A stretch of DNA of 64,000 bases from Bryobacterales bacterium (GCA_009697455.1 SHUI01000001.1:2679-66678); one strand, 5' to 3'; counted from the first letter of the stretch, positions 36,205 through 44,976 are shown. Numbers and translations are program-made. Notes: generated from the letters alone by a model not told the origin.

Positions 36205-37143
36205 CTACGGCGCGAGCTTGTACTTTTTAGCGCGTGCGAGAATTTCGGCCGAACGTTCCAGTTTTGCCGTGACGTCGTTGGGCAGCCTGTGGGAATTGAA
36301 AGTCTTCGGCATCATCCCCGTTGTCTTGAGCTCGGTGAGAGCCTGCAGATACGCCGCCAGGGCAATGTCCTGCACCATCGACGTATAGAACAACACGTGG
36401 ACTCCGGCTTTGATCGCTTCAGAGACCGGCACATCGGGTCCCATCTGAGCAAATATCGTTTTGGAAATTGCAGCAATCGTCCGCCGGGTCGTTTCGAGCG
36501 GCTGAACGCCGGGGAACAAAATCGCATCCGCCCCCGCCTCGGCGTAAGCCTTACCTCGATCGATCGCCTCCTCCAGCGTCTTCCCCGCGGCGAGAGCATC
36601 TGTACGCCCGACGATGATCATCTCGGAGCGGGCATCCACCGCAGCCTTAATCCGGTCGACCATCTGTGCGGTTGAAATGACATCCGCCTTCTGCCCAATC
36701 CGTTCGACGCGAATCCTGTCCTCGAACAGGATCCCGGCCAGTCCCGCTCTTTCAAAGTCTTTCGTCGCGCGATACACCGATACCGGGTTTCCGCCGCCGT
36801 TGTCGCAATCGCCAATCACGGGGATATCGACGTTCCTGGTAAGGCGCGTGGCAAACTCCAGCAGTTCCACGGTACTCGTCAGTCCCCAGTCAGGGAGTCC
36901 GTGTTCCATGGCCATGAGCGAGCCGCCCGCGTAAATGGAATCGAAGCCGGCAAGCTCCACCAGCCGCGCCGAAGGGCTGTCGAACGCGGCGATGCAGTAG
37001 AAGGGCTCGGGTCGGCGAAGCAGTTGCCGGAGACGCGCGGCCTTTGAGGCCGTTGAATTCGCCGGCGCCTGCGGTACCACCACGCCTGCCGCCGCAATTC
37101 CTGCCGTGCCTAGAAACTCACGGCGACTCGTTTTGTTGGACAT
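36205..37143 (-). CDS. Isocitrate lyase / PEP mutase-family enzyme with twin-arginine signal
   Basis: The start MSNKTSRREFLGTAGIAAAGVV carries SRRxFL. The core reads DIPVIGDCDNGGGNPVSVYRATKDFERAGLAGILFEDR. The longer ORF to 37482 overlaps the next gene and was rejected. Confidence 0.8.
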   Translation of the reverse strand: MSNKTSRREFLGTAGIAAAGVVVPQAPANSTASKAARLRQLLRRPEPFYCIAAFDSPSARLVELAGFDSIYAGGSLMAMEHGLPDWGLTSTVELLEFATRLTRNVDIPVIGDCDNGGGNPVSVYRATKDFERAGLAGILFEDRIRVERIGQKADVISTAQMVDRIKAAVDARSEMIIVGRTDALAAGKTLEEAIDRGKAYAEAGADAILFPGVQPLETTRRTIAAISKTIFAQMGPDVPVSEAIKAGVHVLFYTSMVQDIALAAYLQALTELKTTGMMPKTFNSHRLPNDVTAKLERSAEILARAKKYKLAP

Positions 37144-37162
37144 AACACTCTCCTCTATTCCG

Positions 37163-38191
37163 CTACTTCGCGCGGCCTTTGAAACCCATGGCCAGCACGG
37201 GGATTTTGAATATCGACTTGGCGTTGTTCCGGACACCCTCCGCGGTCTGAAATTCCTTACCGGCGATGATGGCTCCGGCGGACGTGACGTAGAGCGTCTT
37301 CTTGTCGGGTCCGGAGAAGGCGATGCTTGCAACGTCCCGCGGCGTTGGAATGACGCCAAGGTACTTTCCTTCCGGACTGAACACCTGAATCCCTTTGGCC
37401 TGGGATGTGACATAAAGACGTCCGGTCGAATCGACCGCCATGCCGTCGCCGTTGCCGCCGGCTTCGAGCTTCCCGAAGTCACGCAGGTTTTTCACTGAGC
37501 CGTCGGGCTGGACATCGAATGCAACAACCACCGGGCCGTTGGTGACATAGAGGGTCTTCTCGTCGGGGCTGAGCATGATCCCGTTGGTGCGGAGATCCTT
37601 GCCGATGAGGGTGACCTTGCCGTCAGGACTGACGCGGTAGGTCCCGCCCGAGTTGAAATACACGTTGCCGTTTTTGGCGGCAACGAGATCATTGGGCCGG
37701 CCGAACGTCTTGCCTTCAAAGCTGTCCGCCAGGATCTTGCGTGCCGGAGTGAGGAGAGCGACCGCCGTGGGTTCGGTGCATGGTGCGCTGATTCCCCGGC
37801 CGGCATTGCCCGGATCCGTACACGTCCTTAGCACGGCGACGATGCGGCCCTGGGAGTCCATCGAGAGAGAACCTGCTCCATGCGTGTCCTTGATGAGGAT
37901 GGAATAGTGGTCGTCCTTGTCGACCTTGCCGACCTGGCTGGGTTGTTCCTGGGCAAACATCACGCCGCCGTCGGGCGTCCCGACGATACCGTCGGCGTTG
38001 TTGGCGCCGCCCCAGGCCAGCGTCCATTTCGCGCCGGCTGCGATGACGCCCGGAATTTCGGTAACCGTTACCTGTCTTACCCCGGCCGGCGGATCAAAGT
38101 TTTGCTGCTGTCCGGCGCCACGCTGCTGGCTCAGGGCGAGAGTGGACACAACGAGACACGATAGAACCACGAACAGTGTTTTTGATTTCAT
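37163..38191 (-). CDS. Exported SMP-30/gluconolactonase/LRE-like six-bladed beta-propeller protein
   Basis: 342 aa with a signal peptide. It has repeated blade motifs (NGIMLSPDEKTLYVTN, DGMAVDSTGRLYVTS, SIAFSGPDKKTLYVTS). Confidence 0.7.
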   Translation of the reverse strand: MKSKTLFVVLSCLVVSTLALSQQRGAGQQQNFDPPAGVRQVTVTEIPGVIAAGAKWTLAWGGANNADGIVGTPDGGVMFAQEQPSQVGKVDKDDHYSILIKDTHGAGSLSMDSQGRIVAVLRTCTDPGNAGRGISAPCTEPTAVALLTPARKILADSFEGKTFGRPNDLVAAKNGNVYFNSGGTYRVSPDGKVTLIGKDLRTNGIMLSPDEKTLYVTNGPVVVAFDVQPDGSVKNLRDFGKLEAGGNGDGMAVDSTGRLYVTSQAKGIQVFSPEGKYLGVIPTPRDVASIAFSGPDKKTLYVTSAGAIIAGKEFQTAEGVRNNAKSIFKIPVLAMGFKGRAK

Positions 38192-38272
38192 ATGGTCATC
38201 CCCGCAAGAATTTTGTGTGCCCCATGATATTCGCGGAATGGCTGTGGAGGAATGATTTTTATTGCCGCCTGC

Positions 38273-39850
38273 CTAATACGCGAAAACGTAGACGGCGCCG
38301 GAATCTAAAGCCGAGTTGCCGGCCTGGTTGCCGTTGACGCCTTTGGCGGCGCCGTCCTCATACTGAGCGCCGACAACCATTGTTCTGCCGTCCCGGCTCA
38401 GGCTCAGGGAACTTCCGAATTCGTCGAAGGCCTCCGTGTTCGAGCCCTTGACGTACGCCTGCTGCGACCAGGTGGCGCCGGTGCGCGTGAAGAAATAAAC
38501 GACGCCGGCTTCCGGGCCCGAGTCGTCGTCCTGCCTGCCATTGATGCCCTGGGCCGCGCTGTCTTCGATCTGGGCGCCCACGGCGAAGATGTTGCCGTCA
38601 CCGCTCAGGGCCAGGCGCGCTCCGAACCAATCAAATTTTCCCGAATTGGACGCCTTGAAGACGGCCTGCTGCGTCCACGTCGTTCCGTTGCGAACGAAGA
38701 CGAATGCCATGCCGCTCGAGACTCTCTCGGGACCGTCCTTGTCGCATCCCGGCGGATTGACACCGGTGAGGAGACAGTCTTCGTCCAGGGAGGACGACGC
38801 GAGCGTGTTGCCGTCGTCGCTCAGGGCCACGTTGGTTCCGAAGGAGTCCATCAATTCCGTGTTCGAGGCCTTGACGTAGGCCTGCTGAGACCAGCTGCCG
38901 CCGGCCCGTGTAAACACGTAAACGGCGCCGGGTCCATTGAGCCTGTCGTCCGGCGGGCCATTGATTTCCTTGGTGGCGCCGTCTTCCTCGGAGGCGCCCA
39001 CCGCCAGCGTGTTCCCATCGGCGCTGAGAGAAACGGAGTGGCCGAAGATGTCGCCCGCTCCGATATTCGAGGACTTCACGTAAGCCTGCTGAGACCAGGC
39101 ATTCCCGCTGCGCGCGAAGACATACACCGCGCCGGCCGACGCGGCCGAGTTGTCGTTCTGGTTGCCGTTGATTTCTTTCGCGGCACTGTCTTCGGCAATC
39201 GCTCCGGCGGCCAGAGTGTTGCCGTCGTCACTTAGAGAAATGGAGAAGCCGAACTGATCTCCGTCGACGTCCAGTTGATCTCCGACCGGGGCTTCGCCCG
39301 TGTTCGAAGCCTTCACATACGCCTGCTGCGACCAGGTGGTGCCGCTGCGCGTGAATATGTACACGGCGCCTGCCTGAGGGACCGAGTTGTCGTCCTGGTT
39401 ACCGTTGATACCCTTCGCGCCGCTGCTTTCGAAGGGGGCGGAGACGGCCATGGTGTTGCCGTCCGCGCTCAAGCCGACGAAGTATCCGAACATGTCGCTC
39501 TGGCCGGGGTTCGACGCTTTCAGGTAAGCCTGCTGGGCGAAGCCATTGCCGCTGCGCGTGAAGATGTAGACGGCGCCGGACCTGTAGAGCGAGTTGTCGT
39601 TCTGGTTGCCATTGATGCCTTTCGCATTGCTGCTTTCGACGGGTGCGCCCACCGCGATGGTGTTGCCGTCACCGCTGATCGCAACGGCGTGGCCTTCGAG
39701 AGCACCGCCGGAACCGAAGCGGTCACCGGCTTCGGTGTTCGATGCCTTCAGGTAGGAGGTCTGCCGGAGTTGCCGCGATTGCGCATTGCTGGTGATCGCG
39801 CTGGCCGCGAGGAATACGAGTAATACAGCCGGGACGTTTCTGCCTTTCAC
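38273..39850 (-). CDS. Exported FG-GAP/integrin-alpha-like repeat protein (about 8 repeats)
   Basis: It has about 60-aa tandem units of the form D.FG.SV.LS.DGNT.AVGA..E.S.AKGINGNQ.DNS...GAVY.F.R.G..WSQQAY.KASN. It overlaps the upstream DUF6152-like gene by 4 nt. Confidence 0.75.
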   Translation of the reverse strand: MKGRNVPAVLLVFLAASAITSNAQSRQLRQTSYLKASNTEAGDRFGSGGALEGHAVAISGDGNTIAVGAPVESSNAKGINGNQNDNSLYRSGAVYIFTRSGNGFAQQAYLKASNPGQSDMFGYFVGLSADGNTMAVSAPFESSGAKGINGNQDDNSVPQAGAVYIFTRSGTTWSQQAYVKASNTGEAPVGDQLDVDGDQFGFSISLSDDGNTLAAGAIAEDSAAKEINGNQNDNSAASAGAVYVFARSGNAWSQQAYVKSSNIGAGDIFGHSVSLSADGNTLAVGASEEDGATKEINGPPDDRLNGPGAVYVFTRAGGSWSQQAYVKASNTELMDSFGTNVALSDDGNTLASSSLDEDCLLTGVNPPGCDKDGPERVSSGMAFVFVRNGTTWTQQAVFKASNSGKFDWFGARLALSGDGNIFAVGAQIEDSAAQGINGRQDDDSGPEAGVVYFFTRTGATWSQQAYVKGSNTEAFDEFGSSLSLSRDGRTMVVGAQYEDGAAKGVNGNQAGNSALDSGAVYVFAY

Positions 39851-40233
39851 GGCTGCGGCGCCACGAGTTCACCCTTGTCGTCGGTGCGAAAGAGTTCCTT
39901 GCCCGTGCCGGACATGACGATGATGGCGCGTTCGTTCATGCTCAGGTACGGCGAGCCGCTCTTCACTCGCCGGCCGGTGATCGTGATCTTGTCTCCCGGC
40001 TTCAATGTGGTTTTATTCCAGTGGAGTTCCCGCATCAGGGGGCTGGTTCCGTCCAACTCGGCTTGCCACCGGACGTCTTTGCCACTGTCGTTCACATCGA
40101 ACACGATCATCGTGTGGGGATTCGTGAACTGAAGCTCGACTACGGTTCCTTTCAAAACGGTTACTTTGTCATCCCAACGGCCGGCGTCGCCGTGGTGAGC
40201 CAGCAGGAAAAACATCAGCAGTGCGCTCTTCAT
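39847..40233 (-). CDS. Divergent DUF6152-like small exported protein
   Basis: MKSALLMFFLLAHHGDAGRWDDKVTVLKGTVVELQFTNPHTMIVFDV...LKPGDKITITG is collinear with 30409-30786 and 41901-42302. Confidence 0.6.
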   Translation of the reverse strand: MKSALLMFFLLAHHGDAGRWDDKVTVLKGTVVELQFTNPHTMIVFDVNDSGKDVRWQAELDGTSPLMRELHWNKTTLKPGDKITITGRRVKSGSPYLSMNERAIIVMSGTGKELFRTDDKGELVAPQP

Positions 40234-40310
40234 GACGGTAGACTCCTCTCGCTTTGTCGTGCGGTTTCCCGGAATCTCTCACCTCGGTTGTAGGTTGTCA
40301 ATTTGAAATT

Positions 40311-40405
40311 GGGGTAATTCGGGGACAGACGACTAAATCCCCTAATTAGACCAAGTACCTTTGAACCTAATTAAGTGATTTAGTCGTCTGTCCCCGAATT
40401 ACCCC
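40311..40405. repeat. 95-bp palindromic element (perfect 29-bp arms, 37-nt loop)
   Basis: GGGGTAATTCGGGGACAGACGACTAAATC (40311-40339) pairs with GATTTAGTCGTCTGTCCCCGAATTACCCC (40377-40405). The loop contains the direct repeat CCTAATTA twice. Confidence 0.85.
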
Positions 40406-40557
40406 CAACTAGAAATTGATGCGGGCGTTGAGGACGATGATGCGGTTTCCGCTGGCGCTGGTGATTCGCCCGAAATTGAGGGAATTGATGTTGGTTTTTC
40501 GAATTCCAGCGCTTCGTGGAAGCGGAAGCGCTGGAGCAGGTTCACATCGAAACAAGG

Positions 40558-40923
40558 CTATTCAAGGATGTTGTACAGGCGCTCATCGAACGGGCTGCCC
40601 AGTCCGGCCTGAAGCTTTTCTCGAAAACGCCTGGTGTGGTCGAGAGCCAGATGCGCGTCGAATGCCTGCCGGTTTTCCCAGACCTCCACAATCGAGAAGT
40701 GATTTACCCGGGCGACGTCGCGCATCACTTCGAAACGCACGGACCCGGGATCTTTGCGGCTGTCGGTTACGAACTGCTTGAGCTGGGTTGCCGCATCGGC
40801 TGCAAAGGCCGGGAACACGTCGATGTAGGTCACGACGTATAACCGCTTCGGCGCTTCCTGCCGGGCAAAAGCGATCGTCACCAACATGCAAAGGCCCAGC
40901 ACCAGACCTAAAATGTTTTTCAT
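40558..40923 (-). CDS. Exported ABM-domain (antibiotic-biosynthesis-monooxygenase-like) protein
   Basis: It has a signal peptide followed by YVVTYIDVFPAFAADA...HFSIVEVWENRQAFDAHLALDHTRRF, a typical ferredoxin-like ABM fold signature. Confidence 0.75.
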   Translation of the reverse strand: MKNILGLVLGLCMLVTIAFARQEAPKRLYVVTYIDVFPAFAADAATQLKQFVTDSRKDPGSVRFEVMRDVARVNHFSIVEVWENRQAFDAHLALDHTRRFREKLQAGLGSPFDERLYNILE

Positions 40924-40957
40924 AGTTGTCCTCGGGAAGTTCTAGTTGGTTTCATTA

Positions 40958-41134
40958 TATTCCCCTCCTTGAAAAGGAGGGGTGGCTGCGCCATCAAATC
41001 GTTAGAACGGGCGCAGACGGGGTGGTCATTCTGGAAAAATCATTCTTGAATAACCACCCCGTCTGCGCTTTCAAAGGTGGCTTCGCAGCGTTTTCTTGAT
41101 GCGCAGCCACCCCTCTTCTTTGAGGAGGGGAATA
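40958..41134. repeat. Family-1 nested-palindrome element, copy I
   Basis: TATTCCCCTCCTTGAAAAGGAGGGGTGGCTGCGC...GCGCAGACGGGGTGGTCATTCTGG...AACCACCCCGTCTGCGC...CCACCCCTCTTCTTTGAGGAGGGGAATA. The left arm carries an internal deletion. Confidence 0.9.
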
Positions 41135-41153
41135 CATTTCGCTCCGTCCAGGC

Positions 41154-41888
41154 TTATCGCGAGGAGCAGGGAGTGGGAGTCCAGGCCGCGGAGGCGTCGG
41201 GGACCTTCTTGAACTGAGTGGTCACGACATAAGGCTGCGCCAGGTACGTCGGGTCTTCAACCGTCGTGATCACCACGATCCAGGGCGTGCCGCCGGGTTC
41301 GATCATGCGGTGGTAGTACTCGGTCAGGACGGCGTTCTCGCTGTACGGGACGCCGTTCTTGCGGAGGTAGCCCGGCTTCATGCGTGTCGTGACAACTTTC
41401 AAATTGCCGCCGGGAGTGTTGCCCCCACGCAGGCCCGCGCGTTCCCATTGCGCCACGGAGTGCCCTTGCCAACTCGCTTCGGCGGGCGGCGGCGCATTTC
41501 CAAATCGAAACATCCGGGTCTGCGTGCCCGCCTCGGTATCGACCTTGAGTGTGTTGTCGTCTGCCCAGGTGATATGCAACTGTCCGGGAATTCGAATAAT
41601 TCCCGCAGCGCCGTAAGCCTTGCACGGATTACCGGCCGCTTCATCCGCAGCGGGATCCCATGTCCCGGCGACGCGGCGGCCTTCCGGATTCACCGGTATG
41701 CTGTTGACGTCGCCCTTCGGTGGAGTGACCATGCGCCAGCGCCAGTCTTCCGTAACAACCGATACCCAGTACCCGGTGAGATCGACCGGCGCCACCGCCT
41801 TCGGTGTTGGGGGCGGCCCGGCAGGGCCGCGCTGCCCGCGCTGGGCGGGAAGCAGAAGTATTGCGGCCACCAGCAATTTCGAAATCAT
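41154..41888 (-). CDS. Exported protein of unknown function, 'partner' family (paralogue B)
   Basis: 244 aa. The shared motifs are VDLTGYW, GNPCKAYG, WQGHSVAQWE, KPGYLRKNGVPYSENAVLTEYY and VEDPTYLAQPY. It lies directly downstream of a DUF6152-like gene. Confidence 0.75.
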   Translation of the reverse strand: MISKLLVAAILLLPAQRGQRGPAGPPPTPKAVAPVDLTGYWVSVVTEDWRWRMVTPPKGDVNSIPVNPEGRRVAGTWDPAADEAAGNPCKAYGAAGIIRIPGQLHITWADDNTLKVDTEAGTQTRMFRFGNAPPPAEASWQGHSVAQWERAGLRGGNTPGGNLKVVTTRMKPGYLRKNGVPYSENAVLTEYYHRMIEPGGTPWIVVITTVEDPTYLAQPYVVTTQFKKVPDASAAWTPTPCSSR

Positions 41889-41900
41889 TGCGGCCTCCAG

Positions 41901-42302
41901 CTAATTGACAATTTCCCCCGGTTTCGTGCCCCAGCCGAGGCCGTCCTTGACGCGATGCAGCGTGTTCATCTTCGCCCGGTGCTCGCCGGAGGTGCGCGAT
42001 GGATCGCCCGTGATGATGAGCTCGTCGCCGGTCTTGAACGTGTCGCGGTTGATGCCCTGGCTGGAGAGCTGCGCGGCTCCGCCCCACTCGATGGTCCAGC
42101 GCTGCATCTTGCCGCTCTCGTCCGGAACATCGATGTGAACGAAGACGTGAGGGTTACGGAACAGGAACAAGACCAGCTTGCCCTGGAGCTTGATTTCCTT
42201 CTTCGCGTCGTAGGTGGCTGTGACGGAATGGTGGGCGTATGCCGTGACCAGGCCGAGTACGAACACACCCACGAGAACCAGAAGAAGCAGTTTGGTTTTC
42301 AT
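41901..42302 (-). CDS. DUF6152-like small exported protein
   Basis: The signal peptide ends ...VTAYA, followed by HHSVTATYDAKKEIKLQGKLVLFLFRNPHVFVHIDV...FKTGDELIITG. Confidence 0.7.
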   Translation of the reverse strand: MKTKLLLLVLVGVFVLGLVTAYAHHSVTATYDAKKEIKLQGKLVLFLFRNPHVFVHIDVPDESGKMQRWTIEWGGAAQLSSQGINRDTFKTGDELIITGDPSRTSGEHRAKMNTLHRVKDGLGWGTKPGEIVN

Positions 42303-42313
42303 GTGTAGTCTCC

Positions 42314-43357
42314 TTATTTTTTCAGGCTGTTATAGACAGCCTCGACGAACATGTCGCCGGTCCATTCTTTCGTCGCGTAACGCCCATCGTAATCCATGGT
42401 CGCCTTTGCCGCCTTCACCTGTTCGAGCGTGCGGCCCTTCTTCATAAGGTCCTGAACGCGGTCGCGGATGATCGTGAGCATGTCGCGGTAGTAGGCCACG
42501 TCGGCGGAATCGCACAGACGTCCGTGGCCGGGAATAATCATCGTGCCGCCCTGGGACCTGTTTTCCGCCACCGACAGATCGAGAATCTGGTGCAGCGCAT
42601 CGATCACGCCCTGGATGCTGCCGCCTTTCTTAGCGTCGAACATCGGATAGTTCGTGGTCGTAAAGATATCCCCGGTGCTGATCACGTCGGAGTAACGGAA
42701 GAATACGATGCTGTCGCCGTCCGAGATTGCCGATTCCGGGTGGAAAATCTGAATCCCTTCGCCGTTGATGAACTGGCTGAGCTTGTACAGAGGCCTGTTG
42801 TACACCTCGCCGGGCAGAGCCGCGGACGGTGCAGGCTTCCCGTTGGACGAGTCGCTCATCGCGATCAGAACATTCTCATGAGCGAACACGGGCGCTCTTT
42901 CATAAGCAGCGCCTGCCAGGATCTCCTGGACGATATCGCCGCCGGTGATCGCCCGGCCTGCCAGTGCGACCTTCTCGTTGCCGCCCACGTGCTCGGGCCG
43001 CGCGCTGGTATTAATAATGTAGCGGATCGGCTTTGCCGGGTCCGGCGAGGCCGTGATCGTGTTGAAGTAGGGACTCGCATTGCCGGCACAACCGAGGCAA
43101 GGCTTCGCCGGAGCAGGCGCCGCGGTCACGTTTTTGAGAAGCTGCTGGACCGCCGCCACAAGCCGTTCGCTCTTCTGGCCGGCGCCGGTGTCGACCATCA
43201 ACGCGCCGTCTCCGCCTATGGAAACCGTCGTGTTGCCGCCATCACCCGTAATCATGTAGATGTTCCCGCGCACCGGCGTGACGCGGACGTCCTGAGCGGA
43301 AGCGAGGCCGGCGAAGGCGCCCACCAGGATCAAGGCTGCAAGAATTTGTTTAGTCAT
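42314..43357 (-). CDS. Exported MBL-fold protein with degenerate metal-binding motif
   Basis: The overall MBL pattern is present (VRGNIYMITGDGGNTTVSIGGDGALMVDTG...IIPGHG). However, the HxHxDH position reads INTSARPEHVGGNE and the later HT.GD position reads SAISDGD. Confidence 0.7.
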   Translation of the reverse strand: MTKQILAALILVGAFAGLASAQDVRVTPVRGNIYMITGDGGNTTVSIGGDGALMVDTGAGQKSERLVAAVQQLLKNVTAAPAPAKPCLGCAGNASPYFNTITASPDPAKPIRYIINTSARPEHVGGNEKVALAGRAITGGDIVQEILAGAAYERAPVFAHENVLIAMSDSSNGKPAPSAALPGEVYNRPLYKLSQFINGEGIQIFHPESAISDGDSIVFFRYSDVISTGDIFTTTNYPMFDAKKGGSIQGVIDALHQILDLSVAENRSQGGTMIIPGHGRLCDSADVAYYRDMLTIIRDRVQDLMKKGRTLEQVKAAKATMDYDGRYATKEWTGDMFVEAVYNSLKK

Positions 43358-43358
43358 T

Positions 43359-44189
43359 TCAGTTCCCCGAGTACGTCTTCAGCTTGGACTGGTACTTCGG
43401 ATACATCGTTTCGGCGCCGTCATCGAGCGCCTTTGCCGGGATCTTGTACATGTCCGCAAACTCCGTGCGGTACGGGTTGTCCCAGGGCAGGTAGTGCGGA
43501 ATGACGCCGCGGGCTTCCGGCGATTCGTCAATGACGATGCAGGGCGTGATCTGCATGTCCAGTTTCAGGTCGAGACGGTATTGCCCGCTGACAACGAACG
43601 GCTCTTCCAGATAGACCGGATCGTTAATCGACATCACCACGAACAGGTAGTTGTCGTGCCGGATCCATCGTTCGGTGATGGTTGTGCGGTCGCTGGACGG
43701 AATGCCGTTCATCCTTAGATAGCCTTCTTTAATGTGCGTTGTGGTTATCGTGAGCATGTCGCCGTCCCACTTGCCGGTGGAGAAGCCTCCCCAGGTGTGA
43801 GCCGCGTCTTCTGAAGGATGCGGACGCTCATCGAGGTAAATGAACTGGTCGAAATTCCGTTTTCGCTCGACGCGGAATGCCGTGGTTAGCCGGGTAACGG
43901 GATCCACCACCTTGGTGATTCGGGTTTCGCCGGTGCCGCGCCAGGAGAATGTCGCCGGGTGAGGACGGCACTGCCATTCCGGCACCGACCAGATGCCGAC
44001 GTTGAGGGCATCGGCGCGCATGCGGCCCGCGGCGTTGAGCGGGACCCCGAGGCGGTCGCCTACTTCGGGGTTCGTGCTCGAATCCTCGTGTCGCAGCTGC
44101 GCCCACTCTCCGGAGAAATCGACCTGCGCAAAAGCGGGAATGCCTGCCAGCATCGACGCGGCAAGCAGAAGGAACGAAACGGCTTTCAT
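43359..44189 (-). CDS. Exported protein of unknown function, 'partner' family (paralogue C)
   Basis: 276 aa with a signal peptide. The motifs are VDFSGEW, WQCRPHP, GGFSTGKWDGDMLTITTT, KEGYLRMNGIPSSDRTTITERW and INDPVYLEEPF. Confidence 0.75.
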   Translation of the reverse strand: MKAVSFLLLAASMLAGIPAFAQVDFSGEWAQLRHEDSSTNPEVGDRLGVPLNAAGRMRADALNVGIWSVPEWQCRPHPATFSWRGTGETRITKVVDPVTRLTTAFRVERKRNFDQFIYLDERPHPSEDAAHTWGGFSTGKWDGDMLTITTTHIKEGYLRMNGIPSSDRTTITERWIRHDNYLFVVMSINDPVYLEEPFVVSGQYRLDLKLDMQITPCIVIDESPEARGVIPHYLPWDNPYRTEFADMYKIPAKALDDGAETMYPKYQSKLKTYSGN

Positions 44190-44273
44190 TTTGGCCTCCG
44201 TTGTCTATGGGCAGCAGATTCTATCCTAAGGCGGGAGGATGACAAAGCTGTGTTGAGGGCGGGTGCGTTCCCA

Positions 44274-44300
44274 CTGTAGCGGCGGTCTATGACCGCCGAC
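44274..44300. promoter_or_regulatory. Hairpin related to 30810-30840, in the 5' region of the 44189 operon
   Basis: CTGTAGCGGCGGTCTATGACCGCCGAC shares CTGTAGCGGCGGTC.TA..G with the 30810 palindrome. It lies about 85 nt upstream of the 44189 start. Confidence 0.35.
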
Positions 44301-44321
44301 AATCTCGCAATTTCAACATTC

Positions 44322-44753
44322 CTACTTCTTGTCGAAGACTCGGACGTTACCCGGCTGTGTGACGGTCAACGTCTTACCGCCATTGGAGACTTCTTCCTGG
44401 CCGACGGTGATTTCTCCGTTCCTTCTGGTCGTTCTTTCGATCGTGGTTGGATTGAGCCGTTTGTAGGAAATTTCCCGGGGATCGCCTCCCTCGGTCTGGT
44501 GAAACTTCCCATCGAAGTTGTAGTGGTGGACTTCGACGCTCGTTCCGTTTTCGTTAATCGAAGCACGAGTGCTCTTGAATGCGCCATCCTGGGCTACGTT
44601 GACGATCGTCTGGCTTTTCGGCACCGCCCCGCGAGTAATTTTGGATTTGGCGAGACTGAGTTCCCAGATACCGAGAAACGGTTCGTTCTGAGCCATAAGA
44701 ACTGCGCTGAACGCGACGATTGCCACAAGCGCGGCAAAAGGTTTCCACGTCAT
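44322..44753 (-). CDS. Small exported protein of unknown function (lipocalin-like size)
   Basis: The start MTWKPFAALVAIVAFSAVLMAQ is a signal peptide. The mature part is beta-rich. The longer ORF to 44819 would run into the tRNA gene. Confidence 0.6.
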   Translation of the reverse strand: MTWKPFAALVAIVAFSAVLMAQNEPFLGIWELSLAKSKITRGAVPKSQTIVNVAQDGAFKSTRASINENGTSVEVHHYNFDGKFHQTEGGDPREISYKRLNPTTIERTTRRNGEITVGQEEVSNGGKTLTVTQPGNVRVFDKK

Positions 44754-44792
44754 GTCGTCCTCCGTTACCTGCGTTAAGCTTTGAATTGGAAA

Positions 44793-44877
44793 TGCCGGAG
44801 GGGGGACTTGAACCCCCACGATACTAAGTACCGGCAGATTTTGAGTCTGCTGCGTATGCCAATTTCGCCACTCCGGC
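44793..44877 (-). tRNA. tRNA-Leu (anticodon CAA)
   Basis: The reverse complement is GCCGGAGTGGCGAAATTGGCATACGCAGCAGACTCAAAATCTGCCGGTACTTAGTATCGTGGGGGTTCAAGTCCCCCCTCCGGCA. It has a 7-bp acceptor stem, anticodon stem GCAGA/TCTGC with loop CTCAAAA, a long variable arm and T-loop GGGGGTTCAAGTCCCCC. It is nearly collinear with E. coli tRNA-Leu(CAA) as I recall it. Confidence 0.9.
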
Positions 44878-44976
44878 GGGAACGAGCGAGAACTGAATGT
44901 AACCCTTGACGGATGAATCAGTCAACGGCGCTTCGACGTTCAGGTTTTCAGCGTCCGAATTTCCACTCTCGGTGCA

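Noticed and set aside
44700-44800. att-type duplication of the tRNA-Leu 3' end marking island borders
   Set aside because: I looked for a second copy of GGACTTGAACCCCC and flanking bases between 44.9 and 50 kb and on the left side. I saw none by eye, so a computational search is still needed.
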